Below, one piece after another: positions 30,554 through 41,038 of a DNA stretch of 64,000 bases. How positions within the stretch are numbered: position 1 is the stretch's first letter; every line of letters starts with the position of its first letter. The translations under genes and the position numbers were made by a program. Location: assembly GCA_965219415.1 (NCBI GenBank), contig CBDCNP010000002.1, positions 3,808,001 to 3,872,000 on the forward strand, written 5' to 3'. This DNA is from Candidatus Marinacidobacterales bacterium. Lineage in GTDB: Bacteria; Acidobacteriota; Vicinamibacteria; Marinacidobacterales; DATDRI01. The notes beneath the pieces are model-generated. The model made no database searches and was not told where the DNA came from. It saw only the letters and a program-made list of their open reading frames with translations.

Positions 30554-30560
30554 CTTTCCC

Positions 30561-31763
30561 TCACTCGGGAGCTCTTTCCATTACCGCCTCCACCAATGGC
30601 TTCATGGTGAGTGTTTGGATGACTAGCGAGAAGAAAACCAAAAAGGCTGCGAGAACCAAGAACTCGGTGCGAAACGGAACATTCGAAGGCATCCCCAAGA
30701 CCAGGGCGATGGGAATCGACCCCTTGAGCCCACCCCACCACATGACATGTGACCAAGAGAACGGATATTTCTGTGGCGTCCTGCTGACCATGAACCAAAC
30801 CGGATAGACGGTCAGCGCCCGGGACGCGAGGACGATAGCTATCACCAAGAGCCCGGGCACGAGGAATTTCGGGAGGTCTGGAATAAAAGCCTTCATCTCG
30901 AAGCCAATGAGCAGAAACAAGAGTGCGTTGATCAGGAAATCGATCACCTCCCAGAAGTTCTCCACCGTGTCCCGCGTTTGTTCCGACATCGAGAACGCAC
31001 GGCCGTAGTTGCCGATGATCAGTCCGGCCACTACCACGGCGATCACTCCCGACAGATGAAAGACCTCCGCCACCAGAAAGCTTCCGAAGACAAGTACCAC
31101 GGTCAGGGTCACTTCGAGCAGGTGATCGTCGAGTCGCTTCATGGTCTTGTATGCGATATAACCCAAGGCCAAACCCACCGCCGCCCCACCGGCGACCACC
31201 TCGATAAATTCCAGTGCCGCTCCCGTCGCAGTCACTTCCTCCCCGCCGTAGAGCGCCCCGTAGATCACTCCGAACAAAACGACACTCGTTCCATCGTTGA
31301 AGAGGCTTTCGCCCTCGACGAGTGCTTTTAGTCGTTCCGGGGTCTTCACTTCGCGGAAGACCGCCAAGACGGAGATGGGGTCGGTCGCCGCCACCATGGC
31401 CCCGAAAAGCATCCCCTTGAGCCAAGGCATTCCCATCGCGTAGTGGAGCATGCCACCCATCAGAAGCGTCGCCACGATGAGTCCTGGAACGGCAAGCGTC
31501 ACGATGGGCAGAAGGTTGCGCCGCAACTGCTCCAGATCCATATGCAGCGCCCCTTGGAACAGCAAAGGTGGCAGGATGATCAGAAGGACAAGCTCCTTGC
31601 TTAGTTTCACCTCGAGGTGGAAGGGCAGGAAACTGACCCCTATACCGACCAAAACCAAGGCGGTCGTGTAGGGTATATGGATCCGTTTGACCGCAATCGC
31701 GACAACGCACGCGAGAAGAAGGATCTCGACCAGATTCTCTAGTACGATCTCGGTCTCACCCAA
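30561..31763 (-). CDS. CPA1 Na+/H+ antiporter (NhaP-type)
   Basis: ATDPISV, EGESLFNDG, GGLKGSI. Confidence 0.92.
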   Translation of the reverse strand: MGETEIVLENLVEILLLACVVAIAVKRIHIPYTTALVLVGIGVSFLPFHLEVKLSKELVLLIILPPLLFQGALHMDLEQLRRNLLPIVTLAVPGLIVATLLMGGMLHYAMGMPWLKGMLFGAMVAATDPISVLAVFREVKTPERLKALVEGESLFNDGTSVVLFGVIYGALYGGEEVTATGAALEFIEVVAGGAAVGLALGYIAYKTMKRLDDHLLEVTLTVVLVFGSFLVAEVFHLSGVIAVVVAGLIIGNYGRAFSMSEQTRDTVENFWEVIDFLINALLFLLIGFEMKAFIPDLPKFLVPGLLVIAIVLASRALTVYPVWFMVSRTPQKYPFSWSHVMWWGGLKGSIPIALVLGMPSNVPFRTEFLVLAAFLVFFSLVIQTLTMKPLVEAVMERAPE

Positions 31764-31790
31764 GGCGGAAACCCGTTCGTTTCACCGTCA

Positions 31791-33680
31791 TCAATGGTAA
31801 CGCTCCAGGAGACAATAGAGATAGTTTCCGAACCCCACCACCGTTAGGTAGCCGAGCGCGACGACGCCAGCAAGACGACCGCTCCACCTTCTCTGAAACG
31901 CACCCGAGATGAAGCTTCCCGCAAAGAGCGCCAACAAAGGCAAAACTTGAAGGACGTAACGCACCTCGAGCGCCGTCGTCAGGTCCAAAAAAAAGAACAC
32001 CGCGGTCACCCCTAGCCATGCGGTAGCGGCCGCATGGAATGGGGACTGTTGCCACTTCGCGACAATCGGAATGGCGCCCGCAAGAGCCAGTAGCGCGAAC
32101 ATGATTCCCACTTGCTCTCGAAAAAAGGCCCAGTTGAAGGCCAGCTTCGCCAACGGCCCTTCCGTAACTTGATCCCCGGTGGCGTAGTCACTCGAGAAGG
32201 CGCGTCCCCATTGATCGAGGAACAACTCCGCATAACCCAAGTAATAGATACATGCCAGCGCCAAGCTCGTAGTCACCACCGCGACAATGCGTTTTCTCTG
32301 CTGAGACTCTAGCTCGCCGGGTGCGATCCAACAGACGGCAACCAACCACGCCAGCCATAGCAAGATGCCATAGAGAAACGACCCAAAGTGGGCGGTCATG
32401 GCGATCAAAGAAGCTGCGAAAGCGCCTAGCAAGGGCAGGGAGTGCTGGCTTCGTGTCGCCAGCAACAAGAACGCGAGGAAGATAACCGTCAACGCGGCGC
32501 CGAAGAGGTTGGTGTAGTTTCCCGAAGAAAATGCCAAGAAGTTCAAGGGAACCAGCTGATAAACCGCGGCGGCCAGTATACCGGCGCGGACGTCGCGTAA
32601 GAATCGCGCACCGAGAAACGCTAACACTAAACCTACCGAGAGGTCCGCCAACGTCGTCAACAACTTCAGAACCGTTACCGGATCGACTCCCAGGCTGGTA
32701 AGGGGTACCGCCAGAACATACAGGGAAACGGGATACGGTATCTGGAACGGGGGATCATGCTGGGTTACGGAAGTAGTGAAGAGATTCCCTCCCACAACCT
32801 CTTCCAGACGGTTGGCCTGAAACTGAGCGTCCGAGCTGAAAAAGAGCGGATAGAACTGGCCGGCCAGTTTCAATAGCAACGTTCCGGCTAGCACTCCGAT
32901 TAGGATCGATCTTTCCATCGACCCGAGCCACTGGGCCCGACGAAGGACGACTCGAAGGACCGCACTCGCCCCGAGCGCCGTCCCCGCCAGCGTCATCACG
33001 CGTTGGGGGTAAGAGGAGAAGAGGACCGTGTCTTGCCCAAGTAGATAGGCGAAACCACCGATGAAGACCGAGGCCGCCAGCGATGAGACGGACAGTGGAA
33101 GGCCGGCCAGAAGCCCGGCGGCAAGCAGTATTGCGGCCGCGAGCGCCATGCGAACCGCAGGAGCCCTCCATCTCGGTGCTCCACCCTGAGGCTCGACCCT
33201 CACCGAGAAGATCTGAACCCCCAGCACGCGGGCGTCTTCGCGATCGTAGTCGGTCGGAACGAAGATCTCGGGATGGATCCCGAGCGTGAGCGACTCCCCG
33301 GGCAAAGTCGTACCGAAGCGATAGGTCACGAGCCCCGGATCCGATACGGTCTCGAAGACGGTGGCCCCGTTGGCGGTGAAACGGACTCGGGGCAACGCCA
33401 CCCCGTTTGGCCGAAGTGCCCTGAGCCTGACCTCGATCCGCAGTCGTTGTTGGGGAGGGAGGTTCTCTAAATGAACGAAGCTGTCCGCGGTGCTCCAACG
33501 GAAGCCCCGACCACTCATGCGCTCGTGGCCGTGGAAGCCCGATACGAACCCGTCTTCGTAGCGGCGCTCGAAGTCTACGTAGGCGGCGCGAGGTTGGCCG
33601 TAGACCCAGTAGGTCGCAAGGCCGGCCACCACCATCGGAAGCAGGACCAGCGCCGCGATTAGGGCTTTTCGAGCGACCAT
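31791..33680 (-). CDS. Membrane protein with extracytoplasmic jelly-roll-like domain plus GT-C-like TM region
   Basis: SGFHGHE...FRWS, DARVLGV domain; SSDAQFQ, IPYP and many TM helices. Confidence 0.6.
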   Translation of the reverse strand: MVARKALIAALVLLPMVVAGLATYWVYGQPRAAYVDFERRYEDGFVSGFHGHERMSGRGFRWSTADSFVHLENLPPQQRLRIEVRLRALRPNGVALPRVRFTANGATVFETVSDPGLVTYRFGTTLPGESLTLGIHPEIFVPTDYDREDARVLGVQIFSVRVEPQGGAPRWRAPAVRMALAAAILLAAGLLAGLPLSVSSLAASVFIGGFAYLLGQDTVLFSSYPQRVMTLAGTALGASAVLRVVLRRAQWLGSMERSILIGVLAGTLLLKLAGQFYPLFFSSDAQFQANRLEEVVGGNLFTTSVTQHDPPFQIPYPVSLYVLAVPLTSLGVDPVTVLKLLTTLADLSVGLVLAFLGARFLRDVRAGILAAAVYQLVPLNFLAFSSGNYTNLFGAALTVIFLAFLLLATRSQHSLPLLGAFAASLIAMTAHFGSFLYGILLWLAWLVAVCWIAPGELESQQRKRIVAVVTTSLALACIYYLGYAELFLDQWGRAFSSDYATGDQVTEGPLAKLAFNWAFFREQVGIMFALLALAGAIPIVAKWQQSPFHAAATAWLGVTAVFFFLDLTTALEVRYVLQVLPLLALFAGSFISGAFQRRWSGRLAGVVALGYLTVVGFGNYLYCLLERYH

Positions 33681-35329
33681 ATTTCGATAAGCGGTCCTTT
33701 GTACGACAGCCCAGCGCGTGCCGGCCAATCCTCGTTGTCCGTATAAGGATGCAGAGGATCCTCCCGTTTCTCGCGAAAGGGCGTGATACGGGCGAGCCGC
33801 GTTCCGTTACGCGCAACGCTTTCGAAAAAGGCTTTCACCTGGGGAGCCATTGGTCCGGGCGGGTAACGGAGCACGATGGCTTCAACACCGCGTGCGGCCA
33901 AAGGCTCCAAGTCTCGCGCTACGACTTCCTGATAATCGAAGTAGTTGCGGTTTCTTTCGTCACCACGACCAAGAAAGAATAGTTCATACGTAGGGTGGCT
34001 ACCCTCAGCGACCGCGAGCAGGTGGGAGTACTTCCCTTTGCGCTCCAGTTCGGCGAGCGCATCGTTTTCAATGAGGCTCTCCCTTACACTGTCGGCCGAT
34101 TGTGGAACCGGCACCGAATACGATTGCAGCGCAAGCGGAGTTCCATCGGCCAGCTCATTCACGATCCAGTCTCTCGCGAGCGTGCGTGTGTCTTCGCCCG
34201 CGAAGAGTCGATCCACCTGCACATCGTTGTATAGAGGCTGCAACGTGGCTATTAGTGCGACCGCCCAGGCAACCCGCGGTCCGAAACGCTCGCCTAACGA
34301 AGCAACCGCAAGTCCGGCGGCCACCGCCAGGCTGGGAAGAATCGGATTGAGATAGCGTCCCGCAAAGAAGGTGTAAGCGATGAACAGAAGGAACAAGAGG
34401 GGGAACCCTCCCCACAGCGCTAGCAAACGTCGATCCCGCCGAGCCATCAGAACCCAACCCACGACGATCAACGCGCACAGAAGATAGCCGAACCCCTGGT
34501 GCATCATGAACTGAACGTAGGCGGGCAGGCTCGGCAGAAAGAGTGATCCGCCGGAAACGCTCCGGTCCATCACGACTTGCCGGTTCGCGATCATGTGATC
34601 GATCGCGATAGGCAAGTCGATTACCACGAACGGAGAGAGCGCGAAGAACGTTGCGCCGGCCACCGCCCCGGTGAGAAGGACCTTCGCGACATCACGAAGG
34701 CCCGCGACCAGGAGGTGGTAGGCCACGAACGCGGGAGCCAAGAAGACCGTGTAATAGTGCGTCGCAAATGCCAATCCCATCGCCAGGCCCGAAAGCACAT
34801 AGGAACGGATCCGTGGATCTTCTCGGATCCGATCGAACGCGGCGAGAGCCAGGACCAGCAACAGCCCGGTGGGTACATCGTGCTTCAGATAGTGAGAATC
34901 TCGCACATGGAAGTATGCGACCGCCATGAAGAGAGCACCGGCTCGGGCTGCGGTTTGTCCGAAGTGTCTCGCCGCCAAGCGATAAGTAAGAACGATCGTC
35001 GCCAGCGCGCATAGGACGCCGAACAGCCGGCCCGCCACGAAGAAGTCCGTGGGGTCCTCGAAAAAGCGCGCCTCGAAGCCGGCGAGATTGGCGTAGTGGC
35101 CCACCAACCGGCCCACCACGAAGAGGCCACCCATGACACCGAACAAGAGGAAGAAAAAGAAGTTGGGATAAAGAAAATAGTGAGGATTGAGATCACGCGC
35201 AATGGAAAGTGCCCGGGCCATGATGTTGACTTCGTCGGGGTTGTAGACGTGGGGGAGCCCGTGTCCCAAGCCGTAGATTCGGAGCCCGGCGGCCAGAATC
35301 AAGATGCCCGCCAGCCAGGGGTCGCGCAC
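33659..35329 (-). CDS. ArnT/PMT-like GT-C glycosyltransferase (GT39/GT83-like)
   Basis: LRIYGLGHGLPHVYNPDE (DE motif), LNPHYFLYP, multi-TM, RYLNPILP. Confidence 0.82.
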   Translation of the reverse strand: MRDPWLAGILILAAGLRIYGLGHGLPHVYNPDEVNIMARALSIARDLNPHYFLYPNFFFFLLFGVMGGLFVVGRLVGHYANLAGFEARFFEDPTDFFVAGRLFGVLCALATIVLTYRLAARHFGQTAARAGALFMAVAYFHVRDSHYLKHDVPTGLLLVLALAAFDRIREDPRIRSYVLSGLAMGLAFATHYYTVFLAPAFVAYHLLVAGLRDVAKVLLTGAVAGATFFALSPFVVIDLPIAIDHMIANRQVVMDRSVSGGSLFLPSLPAYVQFMMHQGFGYLLCALIVVGWVLMARRDRRLLALWGGFPLLFLLFIAYTFFAGRYLNPILPSLAVAAGLAVASLGERFGPRVAWAVALIATLQPLYNDVQVDRLFAGEDTRTLARDWIVNELADGTPLALQSYSVPVPQSADSVRESLIENDALAELERKGKYSHLLAVAEGSHPTYELFFLGRGDERNRNYFDYQEVVARDLEPLAARGVEAIVLRYPPGPMAPQVKAFFESVARNGTRLARITPFREKREDPLHPYTDNEDWPARAGLSYKGPLIEIWSLEKP

Positions 35330-35334
35330 TTACG

Positions 35335-36297
35335 TCAGGCCTGGGAAAAGAAGTCGATGACCCTCTGTAGCGTCTGTTCGAGTGTGAGGGAAGGTTTGTA
35401 CCCAGTGAGTTCCTGGATCTTGCTGACATCGGGAACACGCCGCGGCATATCCTCGAATCCTTCCTCGTACGCCTTCTCGTAGGGAACGAAGACGATGTCC
35501 GCCTTGCTCCCCGTCATTTCCTTGACCTTCTTCGCGAGATCCAAAATCGTGATCTCATTACCGGTGCCAATGTTGAAAACCTCTCCCACCGCACCGGGGT
35601 GAACCGCCAGATCGGCAAGCCCCTTGACCACGTCGGACACGTCGGTGAAGCATCTGGACTGCTTACCGTCACCAAAGACCGTGATCGGCCGCGCCGATAG
35701 AGCCTGTTTCACGAATGTCGGAATCACCATACCGTACTGGCCAGTTTGCCGCGGCCCAACCGTATTGAAGAGTCGCACGATGACGACCGGAAGTTTCTTT
35801 TCTTTGAAGTAGGCGAGCGCCAGGAACTCGTCGATGGCCTTCGAACAAGCATAGCTCCATCGGCCCTTGTTGGTCGGTCCCATGACCAGATCCGAATCTT
35901 CTCGGAAGGGAACATTGCTGTTCTTACCGTAGACCTCGGACGTCGATGCGATGATGACCTTCTTTTTCTTCTTGTTGGCAATGGTGAGAATGGTCTCGGT
36001 GCCGTACACGTTGGTTTCGATCGTATGCACTGGGCTTTCCACGATGAGTCGCACGCCTACCGCCGCCGCCAAATGGAAGATTGTGTCCACTCGGTCTATG
36101 AGCTCGGCCGTTACCGGTTGGTTGGATATCGTGTTGATGGTGTAGTGGAAGCGGGGATGGTCCTTGAGGTGTTCGATGTTCTCGATGCTCCCGGTGGAAA
36201 GATTGTCGATGACGTAGACTTCGTCGCCGCGCTCGAGAAGGGTGCCCGCCAGATGCGAGCCGACGAAGCCGGAGCCTCCCGTAATCAGGTATTTCAT
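35335..36297 (-). CDS. NAD-dependent nucleotide-sugar epimerase/dehydratase/decarboxylase (extended SDR)
   Basis: TGGSGFVG, STSEVYG, YACSK, RLFNTVGPRQ. Confidence 0.9.
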   Translation of the reverse strand: MKYLITGGSGFVGSHLAGTLLERGDEVYVIDNLSTGSIENIEHLKDHPRFHYTINTISNQPVTAELIDRVDTIFHLAAAVGVRLIVESPVHTIETNVYGTETILTIANKKKKKVIIASTSEVYGKNSNVPFREDSDLVMGPTNKGRWSYACSKAIDEFLALAYFKEKKLPVVIVRLFNTVGPRQTGQYGMVIPTFVKQALSARPITVFGDGKQSRCFTDVSDVVKGLADLAVHPGAVGEVFNIGTGNEITILDLAKKVKEMTGSKADIVFVPYEKAYEEGFEDMPRRVPDVSKIQELTGYKPSLTLEQTLQRVIDFFSQA

Positions 36298-38005
36298 CGT
36301 CTCAGACCTCCCGCCGCGGGTCCCCGCTGTACCGCGTTTTTGACTACTTCCGCAACCCTCTGTGCTCCGCGCGCGTCGACCAATTTTTGGCCCGACTCGC
36401 TCATCGCCCGACGACGGGTTTCGTTGGCGAGGAGTGCCTCGGCGGCCTGGGTGATGTGTTTCTCTTCCAGCTCGGTGCCCAAACCCAGGTGCTCGATCGA
36501 CCCCGAGCGCGAGAAGTGCTCCATCCGCCGCACCTCACGCGCGTTTTGACACATGACGAGGCCCGGAACGCCCAGAGCTGCGATCTCATAGACCGTCATG
36601 CCTCCCGCACAAAAAACTAGATCGGCTTCTGACAGAATCTCCGCCATGTGCTCCACGTTCTCGAGCAGGATCGGCTGATAGTGGAGCCTCGGTAAGAGCT
36701 CACGGAGCTCCTGCCCGTAACTGAACGCCGGACCGAGAACCGCCTTGACGCCGAGCTCGCTCTTCATTATTTCCGGGCTGTCCAGCGCCCGAAGCACCTT
36801 CAAGGTAAGTCCTTGCGGATCGCTCCCACCGAAACTGATCACCACTTGACGGGCGTCGGCCCGCACCGGTTTGGCAGCTCCCGCAAAAGACTCTCGCAAG
36901 ATCGCGTACTCCGGACCACCGTAGAAGTCTTCGAGCTCCAACTGATCGACGCGCAGCGTCGCAATGATCATCGACGTAATCTCGGCGGGTTTCTCGATGT
37001 CCTCAAGGGTATCTACCAAATTCACCGTTGACGCCCCGAGCCTCGACAGCGCTTCCAGATACTCTTTCTCCAAGAAGGGTCGGTCGTTGACCACAATGTT
37101 GGGAGAATACTCTTGGATCGCGTCCACGATCGCATTGACTCCACCATTCGACAGAACGCGCACCGTGTAGCCTGCCCCGGAAACTCGTTTCACGCCTTCG
37201 GGGTGGTCAGCACTCATCAGGAATTGCACGTCCGCCGAAGAGATAGAACAGAGCTCGTCGGCTATCGCCAGGCTCCGATAAACGTGCCCCATGCCGATCT
37301 CAGCGCCACCGTCGACGCGAAAGACGATGCGTGGGAGACGCACGAGCTTTTCCGCAACCCAGAAGTCGTAAATGTCATGGATCGTAAAGGAAGATTCTTT
37401 GCCCATGAGGACATATCCGACCCGCTCGCCCAGTCGCTCCGACGAATCCAGGGTTTCTCGACGCATCGCCCAGATGGCGCCGTCCTCGCGAAAAAGCGGC
37501 TCCATGTCTTCGCGTCGGCCAGCCTTTCCGAACGCTTGTTTCAGCTTTCCGTCCACCAGCCGCCACATCAGAGCCTTTTCCTCACGCAAGGAAACGACCG
37601 AGTCCAAATCCTCTTTCACCAGCTTGTCCAAGGCCTCATCGATCTGCTCGGCGGTGCGGAAAGGCGACGTGGCTTGAGCATCACCACCAGATCGCACTTC
37701 TTCTTTTGCTCGGTCTCGACGAACTGCACGGCGTGCGCGATGACGGGCTTGATCAAGGGAACCGTGGCTAGCTCGGCGGGGCGGAGAAACGGGGCGTCGG
37801 CTCCGTAGTCACGCGCCACCGCCGCCACCTTTTCATCGTCGGTCGATACGACGACGCGATCGATGTAGCGACTCTTCGCCGCTTCTTGGAGCGTGTGAGC
37901 AATCAGTGGAATGGGGCCCAGCTTCTTGATGTTCATGTAGGGGACTTCGTCGTATCCCCCGCGGGCGGGCACGATGGCCACGACGCGCTGCTTTCCCACG
38001 GTCAC
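36294..38005 (-). CDS. Cytidylyltransferase-like (NeuA/PseF) domain fused to a PseG/SpsG-like GT-B hydrolase; 1-nt frameshift at ~37675
   Basis: IVPARGG, VSTDD, APFLRPAELA, (L)QATSPFR, then FRVDGGAEIGMGHVYRSL, FGGSDP, GGMTVYE. Confidence 0.85.
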
Positions 38006-39055
38006 TTAGAACATCTCCCACTGGAGCACGGCGTCTTCGGGAATGTCTTCTCGGGCGTTCCGGCCCACCACCATGTCCACGAACTTGGGGTAAATGCCGG
38101 TTCCCGGCCTTTTGAAAGTCAGCATGTCCCGGGTAATGCGTTCTCCCTGAGCGATGGCCTTGGCAGAGACGATGCTGCGACGAGCATATTGATAGGCCGC
38201 CGATTCCGCTTCGACCGGTCCCTTCTCATAACGTCCCAGAGCTTTCTCGATCGCACGGATGGAGTCCATCATCTGGCGAAGATCCTTCGGATCCACCGAC
38301 AGGTGATGGTCAGGGCTTCCAGGCAGTGTTTTGTCGACGGTGTAGTGTTTCTCGACCGCCACCGCTCCCAAGGCAACCGCGGCCTGAGGCACGGCGATGC
38401 CGAGGCTGTGATCGGAAAGGCCAACGGGGATTTCTGGAAAGGCAGCCTTCAGATGAAGCATCATGCGGAGGTTGACGTTCTCGTAGTCGCAGGGGTATTG
38501 AAGCGTGCATTGGAGCAGGACCACCTGGTCGTTTCCGGCCCCGCGCACGACCTCAACCGCTTCTCCCACTTCGGCGATGGTGGCAAGCCCAGTCGACAGC
38601 AGGACCGGTTTCCCCTTGCGTGCCACTCGCTCGATCAACGGATGATCCGTCAGATCCGCCGAAGCGATTTTGTACCCAGGAACGCCGAGCGCCTCTAGCA
38701 TGTCGACCGCTTCGTCGTCGAACGGAGTCGACAAACATAGGATCCCGACCTCCTTTGCATAGCGGAAGAGCTCGCGGTGTTCTTCTTCACCGAAGCCATC
38801 CAGCTTGGCGAAGGTGTCGTACTGAGAGCCATCGGGGTCGTCGGGCTCCACCCAATACCGCGGGGCGGTTCGCGTCGAAATCTTTCCCGCCTTGTAGCTT
38901 TGAAACTTGACGGCATCGGCACCGGCCTGCTTGGCCTCCCGGATGAGTGCCCGACCGAGCTCCATGTCACCGTTGTGGTTCACTCCCGCTTCGGCGATGA
39001 CGAAACAAGGGTGCCCCTCGCCGATCGGTCGATCTCCAAAGTGCACGGTCTTCAT
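38006..39055 (-). CDS. neuB: N-acetylneuraminate / nonulosonic acid synthase (NeuB/PseI/LegI family)
   Basis: IAEAGVNHNG, VKFQ, STPFD, KIASAD, GLSDH, EKH, C-terminal SAF domain (KRPGTGI). Confidence 0.92.
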   Translation of the reverse strand: MKTVHFGDRPIGEGHPCFVIAEAGVNHNGDMELGRALIREAKQAGADAVKFQSYKAGKISTRTAPRYWVEPDDPDGSQYDTFAKLDGFGEEEHRELFRYAKEVGILCLSTPFDDEAVDMLEALGVPGYKIASADLTDHPLIERVARKGKPVLLSTGLATIAEVGEAVEVVRGAGNDQVVLLQCTLQYPCDYENVNLRMMLHLKAAFPEIPVGLSDHSLGIAVPQAAVALGAVAVEKHYTVDKTLPGSPDHHLSVDPKDLRQMMDSIRAIEKALGRYEKGPVEAESAAYQYARRSIVSAKAIAQGERITRDMLTFKRPGTGIYPKFVDMVVGRNAREDIPEDAVLQWEMF

Positions 39056-39816
39056 GGTGTTTTGTCTAGCTCCACCGAACGTAGGTTCGCCGCCCGGTGC
39101 TGAAGGTGGGCGTTGATCGCGACCAGCCGCGGCTCCTCATCGAGCAAGCGGATAGCTTCGGCGGTCTCCAGCACCTCTCCGGGGCGATACAGTTTATCGA
39201 AGATCGCTCCCATTAGCTCCAGGTCCTCGGGCTCGTCGACGGTGAGTCGGTAGGCAGGGCGATAGAGCTGCTCCGGAAGCTCCGCGGTGACGATGCGAAA
39301 CCGCTCCGGGTTCTCCTTAATATAGAGGTTCACCAGCTCCGATCGGTGTCGATCCTCCCCGTCGTGATGGCTCACCGTGAGCGCGCGGCGGGAGATGACC
39401 TCGGGGAGAATCCCCATGAGCAAGGCGTCGCCGGGCACATAGGTGTAGTCAGCGTCTTGGCGTCGATGGAGATCGACTAAATTCCGCACCAACGATAAGT
39501 CGGTGAGGGGATTGTCTCCCGTCACCCTCACCACCGCGTCGGCCTGCCAGCGATCGGCCGCTTCGACGTACCGTCCCAAGACATCCTCCTCGTCGCCAGC
39601 GAAGACACCGACCCCCACCCTCTCACCCAGTTCCACGAGCACCTGGTTCTCAGGTGACTCCGATGTTGCCAGAACCACCTCGTCCAGCTCGTCGACGGAG
39701 AGAAGGCGGTTCAACAAATGCTCGAGGAGGGGCTTTCCAGCGAGAGGCGCGATGGCCTTTCCGGGACATCGACTGGAGCGCATGCGAGCGGAAACCACGC
39801 CGACGACCTTACTCAA
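39052..39816 (-). CDS. spsF: SpsF-like cytidylyltransferase
   Basis: ARMRSSRCPGK, GDEEDVLGRY, VRVTGDNP, RLTVDEPED. Confidence 0.85.
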   Translation of the reverse strand: MSKVVGVVSARMRSSRCPGKAIAPLAGKPLLEHLLNRLLSVDELDEVVLATSESPENQVLVELGERVGVGVFAGDEEDVLGRYVEAADRWQADAVVRVTGDNPLTDLSLVRNLVDLHRRQDADYTYVPGDALLMGILPEVISRRALTVSHHDGEDRHRSELVNLYIKENPERFRIVTAELPEQLYRPAYRLTVDEPEDLELMGAIFDKLYRPGEVLETAEAIRLLDEEPRLVAINAHLQHRAANLRSVELDKTP

Positions 39817-40831
39817 AGAGCTCCTCCGTCAACGGCTCCCAGGCGGGGATGTCCCGCCGCGGCTTTCTTCCTAAAAGGCGCGGCATATCAAGGGGTGCCA
39901 CCCCTCTTTCGTTCCGCACCAAGGCCAATTGCTCGGCCCGCAGAGGCTCACCTTTTTGCAGAGCTTCCCTCGAGACGACGGCACGGCGCATCAACTGATG
40001 GTAGCGGTGAGCGCTTTCAGAGAGGGTCATCACTTCGTCGCCGCGAGCCAGCTCCGATTGCCGGATCAGACCGACCATCTCGCCGAACGGCCCGGGCTCG
40101 AGAGAAGACTCGCAGTCGAACCCCTTCGCTTGCCTGTCTCTGGTGATATGTTTTTCTACGAGATCGGCACCGGAGGCGACGGCCAGCGCCGGAAGAAGTT
40201 TCGCCATGAGCGAGCCTCCATCCACGTGGTCGAGAAACCCCACCGGGAGCCCGAATTTCGTTTTGAGGGTTCGGATGTAGCGCAGGTGTGAGTCGTCAAC
40301 TTTGGTTGGGAAGTTCTGCACGCCATGGAGCAGAACGACCTCTCGATTGCCTTCGCGAGTCGTCGCCTCGATCGCGGCTTCGACCGTTCCGAGGCCGCTT
40401 CCGCCCGTCGACAACAGCACCGGTTTGCCGGTGGCGGCAACGGCGCGGATGAACTCCGGATTCTCCATGTCGGTCGAATGGATCTTGTAGGCGGCTATGC
40501 CGCCCCTCTCTCCAATACTCAGGCTTGGGCGATCGAAGATATCCGCGAATACCGGAAGCCCCTTCTCGCTGGCTTCGTCGAGAATCCGTTCCCACTCTCG
40601 GGGCGCGATCTCAATCTGGCGAAACGTGGGAAAGCGGGAATCGGTGGGAGCGATGAGCTCCTCGGCGGCGAACAGCTGAAACTTGATGCCGTCGGCTCCC
40701 GCGCGTTGGGCGTAGCGAGCCAGTTCAAGGGCTTCCGCAGGCTCACCTTGGTGGGCGGAGGCCACTTCGGCAAGGACGAAGCAGTTCGCGCCGTCGCCGA
40801 TCTGGCGATCTCCGACGTTAACGGTCATCAC
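39809..40831 (-). CDS. Second, divergent NeuB/SpsE-family synthase
   Basis: AEVASAHQG, IKFQ, KIHSTD, GFLDH, VEKHIT, SAF domain. Confidence 0.85.
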   Translation of the reverse strand: MMTVNVGDRQIGDGANCFVLAEVASAHQGEPAEALELARYAQRAGADGIKFQLFAAEELIAPTDSRFPTFRQIEIAPREWERILDEASEKGLPVFADIFDRPSLSIGERGGIAAYKIHSTDMENPEFIRAVAATGKPVLLSTGGSGLGTVEAAIEATTREGNREVVLLHGVQNFPTKVDDSHLRYIRTLKTKFGLPVGFLDHVDGGSLMAKLLPALAVASGADLVEKHITRDRQAKGFDCESSLEPGPFGEMVGLIRQSELARGDEVMTLSESAHRYHQLMRRAVVSREALQKGEPLRAEQLALVRNERGVAPLDMPRLLGRKPRRDIPAWEPLTEELFE

Positions 40832-40852
40832 TTAATGCTCGCATTTCAATTA

Positions 40853-40965
40853 GTGGCGCGGGGCCCCACCCCCACGCTTCATGCTCCGCCGGCAAGCGGC
40901 TCCGCATCGGCTCAGGGCGGCACTCGGGCCGCCTGGCTGCGGGTGCCCCGGTGAGCCCGAACTAC
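40853..40965. repeat. GC-rich multi-hairpin intergenic element (REP/MITE-like)
   Basis: Stems such as CAGGGCGGC..GCCGCCTG and GCGCGGGG..CCCC.ACGC; single copy in this window. Confidence 0.35.
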
Positions 40966-41038
40966 TGAGAGTAAACGAGATCGAAGCTTGATTCCACCGG
41001 GGCAACGGAAACTCCTGTTTCCGACATAAGATAGGCCG

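Noticed and set aside
30550-33816. Long alternative-frame ORFs (30550..31710, 32755..33816; likewise 17904..18842, 41560..42489, 45230..46195, 62132..63124, 63135..63935)
   Set aside because: Shadow ORFs of well-supported genes in GC-rich DNA, Arg/Gly/Pro-rich or antisense, with no motifs.
645-37680. Many frameshifts (~648, ~2850, ~5170, ~5940, ~18930, ~22810, ~23070, ~24620, ~25740, ~29675, ~37675) as programmed recoding, phase variation or mass pseudogenisation
   Set aside because: Mostly single-base indels in short homopolymers, including in the normally essential alr, with otherwise intact reading frames. Long-read consensus error is the simplest explanation; polishing or reads would settle it.
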